DNA of 64,000 bases from Candidatus Polarisedimenticolia bacterium. Lineage in GTDB: Bacteria; Acidobacteriota; Polarisedimenticolia; Gp22-AA2; AA152. The notes below the pieces were generated by a model that did no database searches, had not been told where the DNA came from, and saw nothing but the letters and a program-made list of their open reading frames with translations. Position 1 is the first letter of the stretch, and every line of letters starts with the position of its first letter. A program made the position numbers and the translations under genes. This document shows positions 21,901-30,534 of this stretch, piece after piece. The DNA lies in the NCBI GenBank assembly GCA_036004685.1, contig DASYRE010000008.1, forward strand, positions 35,818 through 99,817, written 5' to 3'.

Positions 21901-23287
21901 TGGCGTCCCGGGGCGCCTCATCCGAGAGCTTGACGAGGAACGCGCCGAGCAGCGCCAGAACCGGCAGGTGAATCCATGCCGAGAGCCGACGCGTGGAGGA
22001 GCCGCGGGCGCATTCGGAGGCCCAGCGATTCCATGCGCCGACATGGATTCCCAGGAACAGGGCGGTCAGGAAGAGGTCCGCCGGCGACATGAGAAGGTCC
22101 CAGGCGAGCCAGCAGGCGAACTTTCCGGGGTCGAAGAACGGAAAGCCCCGCAACAGATCGTGAAAGGCGAGAAGCAGAAGTCTTCCGCTCCACAGGAGCA
22201 GCGTGAACAAGAGGAAGGAGAGGGCGGGGCGGCGGCCTCGGAAGGAACGATGCAGGAGCCTCGACGAGGCGACCCCGATCGCCAGCAGCGCGAGGATCAG
22301 CCCCGCCAGCTGGCAACCGTCAAGCAGTTTCTCGCGAACGGCGTCCACCCGGGAGTCCTGGATTCGGACCACCGCCAGCTCGGGGCCTCCGGGCTGGCGC
22401 AGAGAGATGGAGGCGACTGCGGGACCCCCGGCCGGCTCGTCCCAGCGGACGGCTTCGGACTGCCGGGCGGCCCCCGCCGCGAAGGCGGGCTCATCCTCGC
22501 GAATCGGCCTCAGGAAGACCCGCTCCTCGCCGGCGATCTTCGCGAGAGTCGGAAGCGGCAGGTAGGGCTGCTTTTCGAGAGGGGACTGGAGGAGATACTC
22601 CCCCTGAAGGGTGTATCCTTCGCCGAGTGGAGCGGTCGCCACCAGAAAGACGGCCGCGCCGCTTTGAATCACCCGATAGTCCTTCTGCCCCGAAGCGTCC
22701 CGGGCGCCGAGCGCGACGGAAGAGCGGCCCGCCCAGGAATCGAGCTCCCCCGAACGCCACAGAGTCCATCCATAGCGGTCGCGCGTTTCCCCGTACGACG
22801 TCACGCGCCGCTCGAGGTCGCGGAAGCGCTCGAGACGGCTCGCCGCCGGGACCCCGGAACGCCAGGAAGAAGGAATTTCGAGGAGCCCGGCGAGGAATCG
22901 GTCGAATTCCTGGCGGATTCCCCGGATCGGCGCGACGAGACGAGCCTTCCCCCTTTGGACCCAGACGGAACGCAGCTGATGCTCGGACACGTGGAAGGTC
23001 AGGGCGATCGCGGCGAGCGCGACGGAGAGGGCCAGAGCGACGGCCGTCAGGAAGCGCAGCGGCGGAGGGCCTTGGGGCTCTCGGAAGGAAACCATGGCCA
23101 CGAGGGAGATGAGTAGCAGAAAGGCGCCCTGGTGCCAGGCTGAGAGAAGCGCGAGATCGCCGCGCAGATCCAAGATCTGAATCACCAGGGCGAGAATCAT
23201 CGCCCCCAGAAAGACCGCGGCGGTCCACCCGTTTTTCAGTCCGGAGCGAGGTTCGGCTACAGGAGCTCCCGGATTTCCTGAAGACAC
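18965..23287 (-). CDS. Very large multi-membrane sensor histidine kinase (HAMP-PAS-HisKA-HATPase, NtrY-like C-terminus)
   Basis: H-box MARRIAHEIKNPLTPIQL, NLVQNALEAM, DTGSGM, FSTKELGTGLGL; HAMP and PAS-like segments; many TM helices in the N-terminal ~1000 aa. Confidence 0.9.
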   Translation of the reverse strand: MSSGNPGAPVAEPRSGLKNGWTAAVFLGAMILALVIQILDLRGDLALLSAWHQGAFLLLISLVAMVSFREPQGPPPLRFLTAVALALSVALAAIALTFHVSEHQLRSVWVQRGKARLVAPIRGIRQEFDRFLAGLLEIPSSWRSGVPAASRLERFRDLERRVTSYGETRDRYGWTLWRSGELDSWAGRSSVALGARDASGQKDYRVIQSGAAVFLVATAPLGEGYTLQGEYLLQSPLEKQPYLPLPTLAKIAGEERVFLRPIREDEPAFAAGAARQSEAVRWDEPAGGPAVASISLRQPGGPELAVVRIQDSRVDAVREKLLDGCQLAGLILALLAIGVASSRLLHRSFRGRRPALSFLLFTLLLWSGRLLLLAFHDLLRGFPFFDPGKFACWLAWDLLMSPADLFLTALFLGIHVGAWNRWASECARGSSTRRLSAWIHLPVLALLGAFLVKLSDEAPRDASFELLRMEFSPPDWARLLVQGGLFLFAASWLALAAIALRLFRSAPRSAPSGLPAAARFYLFVALSTLLYLPLVGRSAIRQREEFFSSKLLDRVERHQVQRRDLLKGVLDRIHSSPEIGEIVARHAAGSGEGLAYLVWAATRLDEIGLSSSLRIYSGEGSLVGRFGLNLPAKMEARFPPSGEEGSIRRIVAPLGVSRKKVLVGEASRMTAAGATLRFQVHLLDEYENLPFLRADNLYVQLFPRPGTQETNPELLGSEPLVVVYDPAGERVYSSLEGGPDLPRAAATMAPQEQRWETVRVGESSYRTKIKKTAERIFAVGFLLPSGLEEAGAFVRTTLLGFLLAGLVWVLVHLVAAPSRGAPRRQSPFFKRLVAMILAASLVPLFLLSFFLHRFVVREMNENLREEGLSSLFVARRIVSDYLAGESESQEPEVDDDVAFWLRSVVRQDINVYLGDRLSATSAREIYASGLLPTRLNSRVYTRLILRRESSALSEERLGTLKYQTISAPLPSGGDSRGILSLPLAEKRQEILRKRADVEEAILIVTVGMLFLLTVLAHFLARRVSEPVVALSEAARRIESGDYDAEVRVFARDEPALLIESFNRMAASLRRQREDLRQRTDYIEKILLNATTGVISTRPDGRVVTINPAARFLLGLPEERLEGELLASVLERQASLAPLREILTASQPGKERSWQIRMEGRSKPVTLQVVSLPFRESPDSPAGRILLLEDLTDTLRSSRLEAWAEMARRIAHEIKNPLTPIQLSVDHLRRVHRSGDSRFDSILEDCLDTIQKQVRNLRTIAGEFSDYARIPEVRPERVPTSDIMEEVLAPLRAAPPAGIRLESSVVPGTPDLFVDRSLTRRALLNLVQNALEAMPAGGTLSLTAERSEIAGNHRPPRVKILISDTGSGMDAPTLARLFEPYFSTKELGTGLGLSIVRKTVEEQGGRVEVRSEPGAGTRVLLDLPAAEEPPEGRAARLPEGG

Positions 23288-23760
23288 CAGGCGTTCTCCC
23301 GGAGGACAAGGGTGAAGGCAATCTCCGCGGTGAAGTCCCGCGAGCCGCCGACCCGGTAGACCCAGCGCGCGACGGCCGTGAGGTTCTGCGAGCGCGGCGG
23401 AACGTCGGCACCCTTGAGGAAGTTGAACCTGATCGTCCTGCGTCCCTTGAAATGATCACGGAAGAGAAAATAGACCTGATCCCCGCTGTAATAACCGGGC
23501 TCGATCCCGAGGGCCGGAAAGGAGGCATGGATCTTCCCGTCCCCATGCAGCAGGCTTCGCAGGAGGTTTGGGCTGCCGGCCCGGAAGGCGCGAGCGAGCA
23601 CGTCCAGCGGCGCGGAGAGCGAGGGTCTCTCTTCTTCGGAGTCCGTTCCATCGGCTCGCGTCGGAGTCAGATATCCCGAAAGAAGGATTAGTCCCAGCCA
23701 GAGACCAATCCAAGCGGCCGAGGAGGGGGAGCGCTGCGGTTTGCGTCGTTGCCGGTTCAA
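23257..23760 (-). CDS. Secreted NTF2-like hypothetical protein (DUF4783-like)
   Basis: Signal peptide; GYYSGDQVYFLFRDHF resembles the DUF4783 pattern (from recall, not searched). Confidence 0.5.
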   Translation of the reverse strand: MNRQRRKPQRSPSSAAWIGLWLGLILLSGYLTPTRADGTDSEEERPSLSAPLDVLARAFRAGSPNLLRSLLHGDGKIHASFPALGIEPGYYSGDQVYFLFRDHFKGRRTIRFNFLKGADVPPRSQNLTAVARWVYRVGGSRDFTAEIAFTLVLRENAWCLQEIRELL

Positions 23761-23830
23761 TGAGGCTCCAAGTATTTTAGTTCATTGAAGTTATGCTAAA
23801 CTCTGCGGCCTTGATCGTCAAGGAGGGGCG

Positions 23831-26074
23831 ATGCAACCCCTGAGAATCGTGTTGGTTTCGGGAGCGATTTCCCTGCTGCTGCCGCTTGGCGCATGCCGAT
23901 CCCGGCTATCCCAGCGCGACGCTCCGGGAATGGACCGCCTCCTCAGCCACGTGCGATTCCTGGCCGCGCAAATCGGCCCCCGGCCCGCGGGAAGCGCGGC
24001 CGACCAAGCCGCGCAGGACTACATCCTCGAGCAGTTCCAGAAAGCCGGCCTCGAGGCCCGGCGGGAGAGCTTCGATCGGGTCTTCCTGCCTTCTGGAGCG
24101 CAAGTCGCCGTTTCCACCGCCAACCTGATCGGGATCCTGCCGGGGAGCGCTCCGGAGGCGATTCTGGTGGGGGCCCATCACGACAGCAGGAATCCCTCCT
24201 GCCCCGGCGCCGCCGACGACGCCTCCGGGGTGGCGGTGATGCTCGAGGCGGCCAGGATCTTCGCCTCCCGGCCCCACCGCCGCACCCTGGTGTTCGCCTC
24301 CTTCGGAGGCGAGGAGACCTTCGGGCTTCCCGGCTCGCGGCATTTCGTCGAAACCTGGCAAGGTCCGCCTCTCCAGAGGGCGATCACCCTCGACTTCGTC
24401 GGATCGGGGCGGATTTTCGTGGCTCCTTTTCCGGTCCCGCCGCAGCTCTGGGCGAACCGCATGCTGGCGCGGGCCGAGGGGCGCGCCAAGACGGGGCGCG
24501 TGTCGTTCGATCCGTGGCTCGCCATCGTGCCGCGGTTCATCACGATCCCGCATGCCGCCGATCACGAATCGTTCCTGGAGAAGGGGATTCCCGCGCTCAA
24601 CCTGAGCTGCCAGTTCCCGAGCTGGATCTACCACACCTCCGAGGATCTCCCGCAACGCGTCGAAGGCGAGACGCTTCTCGCCGCCCGGGATCTGGTCGTC
24701 GAGATGGTGTCGGAGGCCGACGGGGGGGCGCTCCCGCCCGAACCCGAGGATCGCTTCCATGTTCCGCTCGCGCTCTTCGGGCGGCCATGGTTTCTCACGC
24801 GCGAAGCGCTTCTCGGCCTGCTCCTGGCTGCGGCGATCCTCGGGGCCGTCACTCTCGCACGCTTCCGGCGCGAAGTGACTTCTTTCGCGGCCCTCGGAGA
24901 GGGGTTTCGCGGCGTGCTGGTCTGCCTTCCTCTCGCCGCCCTGGCGGTCTCCGGCCCGTTTCTGATTGAAACCCTGCTCGGCGCCAGCCGCGGCCTGCAG
25001 CATCCTTGGTTCGCGCACCCTCGCCTGCACGTCGCGGGCGCCACCCTGGCGGGAGGGTTCACCCTGTGGCTCTCGCTGTTCCTGTCGCGCTTCCTGAGAC
25101 CGACGACGCGGCCGGGCGCCTACCTCACGCCCGCGATCCTTCTCCTGGGAGCGATGGGCGGCTCCTTGGTCGTCGTGAATCGCCTCGATGCGTCCTGGCC
25201 TTTCGTTCTGGGGGCGGCGGTCATGCTCGCCGGAGCCTGGAGCCAGTTCGCCATCCGGCGCTTGGCGCTCGGATTGATGGGCGCGGCCGCCTTCCTTCCT
25301 TTCCTCTCGCCGACGACGTATCGGATGATCCTGGAGCTTTCGGGAATCCCCTTGCCGCCGCATGCGGCGGCGATCGGGGCCGGTATTCTCTTCTTCCCGT
25401 GGTTCCTCTTCCTCCAGCATCTCCTGTGCATGCCCGAAGCGCTCTACGCCCGGGCCGGCGGCCCTCTCTTCCGCCCCCTCACCGGGCTGATCCTGGCTTT
25501 GCTCGCTCTCGTCGCCGCCTCGGCGAACGCCATCCGTCCGTCGTACGACCGGAACCACCGCGCCTTGGTGGAGGTGGCCGAAACGGTCGACTTGCAGCGC
25601 CGCCGGGCGGAGGTCGCCCTCGCCTCCCTCGAGAGCCTGAGATCCGTGCGCCTCGAAGGGATCGGCAAGCTGCCCGACGCGCCGGCGGCCGATCGGATCG
25701 TCCCATTTCCGAAGCTTGATCTCCCCGGGCTCCAGGCGGACGTCGAGAGCTTCCCGGATGGGGAGCTGGCGATCCGGATCCATGGCTCGCCTCCGGGCGG
25801 CCCGCGGCGCGTGGCGCTGCGCATTCGAGGCGAGAAGGGGCTTCAAGAGGAGCGCGACGGAGGCTGGCGAGGGTTCGAAGAGGTGCGGCGCATCGTTTTC
25901 CCCGCAGGAAGGGAAGTGGACGAGACCTTTCGCCTGCGCCGGCAGGGCGCGCAGCACGTCGTTCTGGAGGCGGACCTCTCCTACGATTCGGACCTCCTGG
26001 GGCTCCGGCCCCAGGGACCGTTCCAGACCTTCCGCATCGAGGCGAGAGTCCATTATCTCAAACGACTCTCGTGA
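23831..26074 (+). CDS. M28 family metallopeptidase with a C-terminal multi-TM domain
   Basis: Zn-ligand motifs GAHHDS, GAADDASG, GGEE, LDFVG, ADH; N-terminal lipobox-like LLLPLGAC; about 8 TM segments. Confidence 0.88.
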   Translation: MQPLRIVLVSGAISLLLPLGACRSRLSQRDAPGMDRLLSHVRFLAAQIGPRPAGSAADQAAQDYILEQFQKAGLEARRESFDRVFLPSGAQVAVSTANLIGILPGSAPEAILVGAHHDSRNPSCPGAADDASGVAVMLEAARIFASRPHRRTLVFASFGGEETFGLPGSRHFVETWQGPPLQRAITLDFVGSGRIFVAPFPVPPQLWANRMLARAEGRAKTGRVSFDPWLAIVPRFITIPHAADHESFLEKGIPALNLSCQFPSWIYHTSEDLPQRVEGETLLAARDLVVEMVSEADGGALPPEPEDRFHVPLALFGRPWFLTREALLGLLLAAAILGAVTLARFRREVTSFAALGEGFRGVLVCLPLAALAVSGPFLIETLLGASRGLQHPWFAHPRLHVAGATLAGGFTLWLSLFLSRFLRPTTRPGAYLTPAILLLGAMGGSLVVVNRLDASWPFVLGAAVMLAGAWSQFAIRRLALGLMGAAAFLPFLSPTTYRMILELSGIPLPPHAAAIGAGILFFPWFLFLQHLLCMPEALYARAGGPLFRPLTGLILALLALVAASANAIRPSYDRNHRALVEVAETVDLQRRRAEVALASLESLRSVRLEGIGKLPDAPAADRIVPFPKLDLPGLQADVESFPDGELAIRIHGSPPGGPRRVALRIRGEKGLQEERDGGWRGFEEVRRIVFPAGREVDETFRLRRQGAQHVVLEADLSYDSDLLGLRPQGPFQTFRIEARVHYLKRLS

Positions 26075-26138
26075 CGGCGGATTTTGTTGCTATACTCGGC
26101 AAGGAAACGCATCAGTCTCAGGGGACGGCGGAGCAGCG

Positions 26139-26450
26139 ATGCGCGCGGAAGAGGATGGCTCGGGAGGCCCGGCCCTGCCGCGACCGGACGAGGTTCTCGA
26201 TACGGTCGGCTTCTTCTGTCCGATTCCGATTATCAAGACGGCGGCGCGGATGCGGGACATGCGCCGGGGGCAAATCCTCGAGGTTCTCTCGGACGATCGC
26301 GTCATCCTCGTGGACATGCCGTCGTGGTGCAAGTCGGCGGGCCACGAGTATCTCGGCGATTCGCAGCAGGCGGGAGAGATTCACCTGTTCGTGCGCAAAG
26401 TAGGCCGGCCGCGCCGGAGCGGGGAGCAGATCGACGATGGAAAGGAATGA
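26139..26450 (+). CDS. TusA-family sulfur carrier
   Basis: LDTVGFFCPIPIIKT (CPxP motif), LEVLSDD, DMPSWC. Confidence 0.88.
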   Translation: MRAEEDGSGGPALPRPDEVLDTVGFFCPIPIIKTAARMRDMRRGQILEVLSDDRVILVDMPSWCKSAGHEYLGDSQQAGEIHLFVRKVGRPRRSGEQIDDGKE

Positions 26451-27504
26451 AACGGCCCCAGCCCGGCCCGGGACGATCCGCGCCGTCGGCCTGATTTCCG
26501 GCGGACTGGATTCGACGCTGGCGGCGCGCGTCTTGATGGAACAGGGGATCGAGGTCCACGGCTTCAACTACGCCACCGGGTTTTGCAGCAACGATCAGCG
26601 AAGGGCCGTGGGCCGGCCCGGCGAAGCCCTGCACCGGCTGCGGAACGAGGCGCTGCGGGCGGGGGCCGATCTGGACATCGAGGTGCGTATCGTCCCGGTC
26701 GAGAAGGAATACTTCCAGATCGTCACCCATCCGAAGTTCGGCCATGGGGCCCACATGAATCCCTGCATCGACTGCCGCATCTTCATGCTGCGCAAGGCGC
26801 GGCAGGAGATGCTCGAGCTCGACGCTCATTTCGTGTTCACCGGCGAAGTGCTGGGCCAGCGTCCCATGTCGCAGCATCTCGCGGCTCTCCAGACGATCGA
26901 AAAGGAAGCGGGCCTCGAAGGTCTTCTCCTGCGCCCCCTTTCGGCCCAGCACCTTCCGGAGACGATCCCCGAAAGGCGCGGCTGGGTGGATCGCGCCCGG
27001 CTGCTTTCGATCTCCGGCCGATCCCGGCGTGGTCAGCTGGCGCTGGCGCAGACCTTTGAAATCGGGGAGTTCCCCCAGCCCTCGGGGGGATGCTGCTCGC
27101 TGACCGATGACACCTTCTCGCGGCGGCTCAAGGACGTCCTCTCCCACCAGGTGCCGTTCGAGCCCGGCACCGAGGACGCGGTGATTCTCAAGGTGGGCAG
27201 GCATTTCCGCGTCTCCCATGAGGTCAAGGTCGTGGTCGGGAGGGACGAAGCGGAGAACGTCTTCCTGGCGAAGCATCGGGCGGGGCGATGGTGGTTCGAA
27301 GTCCCCGACGCCGGCAGCCCCCTGGTGATCGTGCAAGGGGATCCCGATCCCGAGCTTCGCCGGCTGATCGCGGCGATCGCGGCGCGCTATTCTTCCCGGC
27401 GCGACGAGACGGAGATCGAAGTGACCGCCCGCCGCGACGATTTCGTCGAGCGACTGCGGGTCTCTCCGCCCGCGGACGAAGTCCTGGATCGATACCGGAT
27501 CTGA
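26437..27504 (+). CDS. PP-loop tRNA sulfurtransferase, ThiI-like with DUF814-type C-terminus
   Basis: SGGLDS PP-loop, NPCIDCR, TGEVLGQRPMSQ, LLRPLSA, GGCCSLTD. Confidence 0.8.
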   Translation: MERNETAPARPGTIRAVGLISGGLDSTLAARVLMEQGIEVHGFNYATGFCSNDQRRAVGRPGEALHRLRNEALRAGADLDIEVRIVPVEKEYFQIVTHPKFGHGAHMNPCIDCRIFMLRKARQEMLELDAHFVFTGEVLGQRPMSQHLAALQTIEKEAGLEGLLLRPLSAQHLPETIPERRGWVDRARLLSISGRSRRGQLALAQTFEIGEFPQPSGGCCSLTDDTFSRRLKDVLSHQVPFEPGTEDAVILKVGRHFRVSHEVKVVVGRDEAENVFLAKHRAGRWWFEVPDAGSPLVIVQGDPDPELRRLIAAIAARYSSRRDETEIEVTARRDDFVERLRVSPPADEVLDRYRI

Positions 27505-27555
27505 TCGGCTTCCGGCCTCATGATACAATCGGCCGGTTCCGAAGAGTCCTCCAGT

Positions 27556-27630
27556 GGGGCGTTAACTCAGCGGGAGAGTGCTATCCTCACACGGTAGAAG
27601 TCGCTGGTTCAAATCCAGCACGCCCCACCA
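27556..27630 (+). tRNA. tRNA-Val(CAC)
   Basis: Acceptor GGGGCGT/ACGCCCC, anticodon loop CT-CAC-AC, T loop GGTTCAAATCC, encoded CCA. Confidence 0.95.
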
Positions 27631-27689
27631 GCCGCCCCTTTCCACCGCCCGCCGGTGATCCTTGATTGGGAAGAGAAACGGAAGGTCTT

Positions 27690-28061
27690 TCAGGCCGGCT
27701 CGATGCGGATCGTGGGCGCTCCGGCCGAGCGCCGGAACGCCCCGGGGTCGCCCTCGAAGCGGCCGACCCGGATCACCGGGCTGAAAGCGACCGGCTCCGC
27801 GCCGGGGCTGATGGGCGTGGGGCCAAAGAAGATCGCCAGCGCATTCCCCTCGGGCCAGTAGGCGATGTCGCCCACCTGCATCTCCACCCCCGCGCCTTCT
27901 TCCGGCGGAAGCGGGTGCATCGGAACCGACAGGTAGAATTCATCGCCCCACGTATTGAAGGAAGTCTCGAGAGGCAGGACCTCGGCCACGGCCCTTCCGG
28001 CGGGCGAGTCGAAGAGCTCGCCGCCGATCGCCTCGCTCCCGACCCGCAGGCGTATTCTCAT
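27690..28061 (-). CDS. Cyclophilin-like fold protein
   Basis: TWGDEFY, GDIAYWPEGNALAIFFGPTP motifs. Confidence 0.8.
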   Translation of the reverse strand: MRIRLRVGSEAIGGELFDSPAGRAVAEVLPLETSFNTWGDEFYLSVPMHPLPPEEGAGVEMQVGDIAYWPEGNALAIFFGPTPISPGAEPVAFSPVIRVGRFEGDPGAFRRSAGAPTIRIEPA

Positions 28062-28627
28062 CCGAGACCCAGGCTCGCCGCGATGGAGGCAAGGGCCCCC
28101 AGCACGAACTCGATGTGACGATCGAGATCCACTCCCAACGCCTCCGTCCCCTCGCGAATGTGCTCCCGGCTGACGCCCCGGGCGAACGCCTTGTCGTTGA
28201 GCTTTTTCTTCACCGAGCTCACGCGCACCTCCGAGAGCTTCTTTCCGGGCTGCACCAGCGCGCAGGCGGTCAGGAAGCCGCAGAGCTCGTCAACGGCGAA
28301 GAGCGTCTTTTCCATCGGGGTCTCGGGAACCACTCCGGTGTGCGGCGCGTGGGCCAGGATGGCGCGCAGGATCTCCTCCGGGTAGCCGAGCCGGCGAAGC
28401 AGATCGACTCCGAAGGCCGGATGCTCTTCGAGGGTGGGATGCTTCTCGTAATCGAAGTCGTGGAGCAGGCCGGCGATGCCCCAGAGCTCCGGGTCGGCCC
28501 CCGCGGCGCCGGCGTAGGCGCGCATGGCCGCCTCCACTGCCAGAGCGTGCTTCCGCAGCCCGTCGCCTTGGGTGTGCTCGCGAAGAAGATCCCACGCCTC
28601 GGCGCGCGTCGGGCGGTTAGGGATCAT
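28058..28627 (-). CDS. HD/HDIG-domain phosphohydrolase
   Basis: KHALAVE, GLLHDFD, AILAH, AVDELCG, KAFARGVSR. Confidence 0.88.
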   Translation of the reverse strand: MIPNRPTRAEAWDLLREHTQGDGLRKHALAVEAAMRAYAGAAGADPELWGIAGLLHDFDYEKHPTLEEHPAFGVDLLRRLGYPEEILRAILAHAPHTGVVPETPMEKTLFAVDELCGFLTACALVQPGKKLSEVRVSSVKKKLNDKAFARGVSREHIREGTEALGVDLDRHIEFVLGALASIAASLGLG

Positions 28628-28700
28628 GCTCGCGAGATCCCGCGCGCGCTTGCGACTCTTGACTCCAGGCCCGCTGCTTCCATAGAATCGGTCTTCGTCC

Positions 28701-28776
28701 GGGCGGTTAGCTCAGCTGGGAGAGCGCTGCGTTCGCAACGCAGAGGTCGAGGGTTCGATCCCCTTACCGTCCACCA
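28701..28776 (+). tRNA. tRNA-Ala(CGC)
   Basis: Anticodon loop TT-CGC-AA, G3:U70 alanine identity pair, GGTTCGATCCC, encoded CCA. Confidence 0.95.
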
Positions 28777-28935
28777 ACCCCTTTCCTCACATCTCACGAC
28801 CATCGTCACGACCATCGCGCGCCGGCGCCTGAAGCGGGAAAGCGTGCCGGCATGGGCGCAAACAGAATCGCGGCCAGTCCCAGAGGATCTGGCCGCGAGC
28901 TGGAAATCAGAACGGAGCGTGAGGCGCTTGGCGCC

Positions 28936-29568
28936 CTAAGGAGTCGGCTCCGAGGCGCTCACGTTTCTCGACTTCGTGTTGCACGCCTTGCCGCAGATGC
29001 GATTCGTGTGGCTGTCGCTCTGGGCGCCACCCAGGAGATCGCGGCAGCAGGTCTGGCAATCCTGCGTTTTCGGGAGGTTCTGGCATTCGATGATCGACTG
29101 CTCGAGCATCGGGGCCGGCGCGCTCGAGGAGAGATCGGCGCCCCCGGTTCTCGAGAAGGCGGGCGAGACGGTTCCCACTTTCGCGGAGAGCGTGCTGCCG
29201 AAGATCCCGAGCAGCGAGAGGGCCCGGTCACGGAGCAGCGGGGAAGCGGGATCCTGCGCAGCGAGAGAGATCCCGAGCTGGCCGAAGATGTCGGCGGCGT
29301 CCGCTTCGGTCATCGTCGAGGAAAGCTCCGGACGGATCTTGATCCCGGATCGTTGAAGAACCATGACGGCCGCTTCCTGGGTCAACGCGGGCTGGCTGGC
29401 ATCCGGAATCTGCAGGCGGGAGGCGACGAGGACGGCGAAATCCCCGACGGTGATGGTGCGGGCGGCCGGAACGGGCATCGCCGCAAGAAAGCTCGCGGCC
29501 GCCAGGCCCAGGACGACCCGGACCAGAGTGAGTTGTGTCCTTCTATCCGATTTCCCGATACGGCTCAT
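28936..29568 (-). CDS. Secreted protein with Cys-rich C-terminus (paralog 1)
   Basis: Signal peptide, ITVGDFAVLVAS, C-terminal C..CQTCC..CGKAC and SEPTP tail. Confidence 0.75.
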   Translation of the reverse strand: MSRIGKSDRRTQLTLVRVVLGLAAASFLAAMPVPAARTITVGDFAVLVASRLQIPDASQPALTQEAAVMVLQRSGIKIRPELSSTMTEADAADIFGQLGISLAAQDPASPLLRDRALSLLGIFGSTLSAKVGTVSPAFSRTGGADLSSSAPAPMLEQSIIECQNLPKTQDCQTCCRDLLGGAQSDSHTNRICGKACNTKSRNVSASEPTP

Positions 29569-29683
29569 GAGTTGGTCTCCTGAGGAAAAAGGGAAGCGTC
29601 GGAAAAACCCTTCTTAATATATTGCGGATTACAAAACAGTCAACACAAAAAAGCGGCGCCGGACGGGCACTTTGACACAAACG

Positions 29684-29723
29684 AAAAAAGCGCACCCCGC
29701 CAAAGCACGAGGTGCGCTTTTTT
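29684..29723. terminator. Intrinsic terminator with T tracts on both strands
   Basis: AAAAAAGCGCACC...GGTGCGCTTTTTT between the two paralogs. Confidence 0.8.
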
Positions 29724-29743
29724 GTAATTCGTCAGGCGAAATC

Positions 29744-30358
29744 TTAGGGCGTCGGCTCCTCGGGGCTGACGACCAGGTTCTTCTTCTGGCAGAGACGTCC
29801 GCAGGTCTTTCCGGTCAGGCCGAGCTGGTTCTTGCAGCAGTCCATGCAGGGGTTGCACACCGACTGCGGCCCTGAGCAAGGGGCCGGAGGCCGCGGCAGC
29901 GACTGGCAGTCGAACGGCGTCGTGTCCAGGGAGGCCGCGTTCAGCGTGGCTCCCGAGGTCTTGGAGGCGAACGAGGTCGTGCCCTTCTCTCCGGCCGCCG
30001 CGAGGTTGCTGCCGAAGATCTCGATGAGTCTGGTGGCCCGCTCGTGGTTGAGAATGTTCTCGGGATGTTCCGTCTGCAGCGAGATGCCGAGCTGCGCGAA
30101 GAGGTCGGCCGCGTCCTTCTCCGTGAGCCCGCTGTTCAGCTCGGAGCTGACCTTCAGTCCATGCTTGCGCAGGATGTCCGCGGCGACGCCGGGGGTCAGA
30201 GGTTTCGAGGTATCGCTCGAGTCGATTTTCGACGCGACCAGGACCGCGAAATCACCCACGGAAATCTGGCTGGTTGGAGCAGGTGAGCCAGCCAGAAGCG
30301 TGGTCAGCGCAAGAAGACTAACGAAGAAGCCGGCGAGCAAAATCCTTCTGCGTCCCAT
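29744..30358 (-). CDS. Secreted protein with Cys-rich C-terminus (paralog 2)
   Basis: Start MGRRRILL at 30358, ISVGDFAVLVAS, CNPCMDCC..CGRLC, EEPTP tail; promoter TTGACG-17-TACTAT on the minus strand at 30402-30430. Confidence 0.75.
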   Translation of the reverse strand: MGRRRILLAGFFVSLLALTTLLAGSPAPTSQISVGDFAVLVASKIDSSDTSKPLTPGVAADILRKHGLKVSSELNSGLTEKDAADLFAQLGISLQTEHPENILNHERATRLIEIFGSNLAAAGEKGTTSFASKTSGATLNAASLDTTPFDCQSLPRPPAPCSGPQSVCNPCMDCCKNQLGLTGKTCGRLCQKKNLVVSPEEPTP

Positions 30359-30534
30359 ATAGAGTATCCCCCTCTTTGGCTGGATTGCCTGTCCGGGCAG
30401 GATAGTACGTTGATCCGGGAATGCCGTCAAGGGAGAAATGGCCTGCGATGGTCGTTTTTTGTCGGCGCGGTTCGGGGAGGCTCCTTCCTCGGCAATATAG
30501 CCTTCAAGCATGATTCTACCGAAGCAAAATCACC

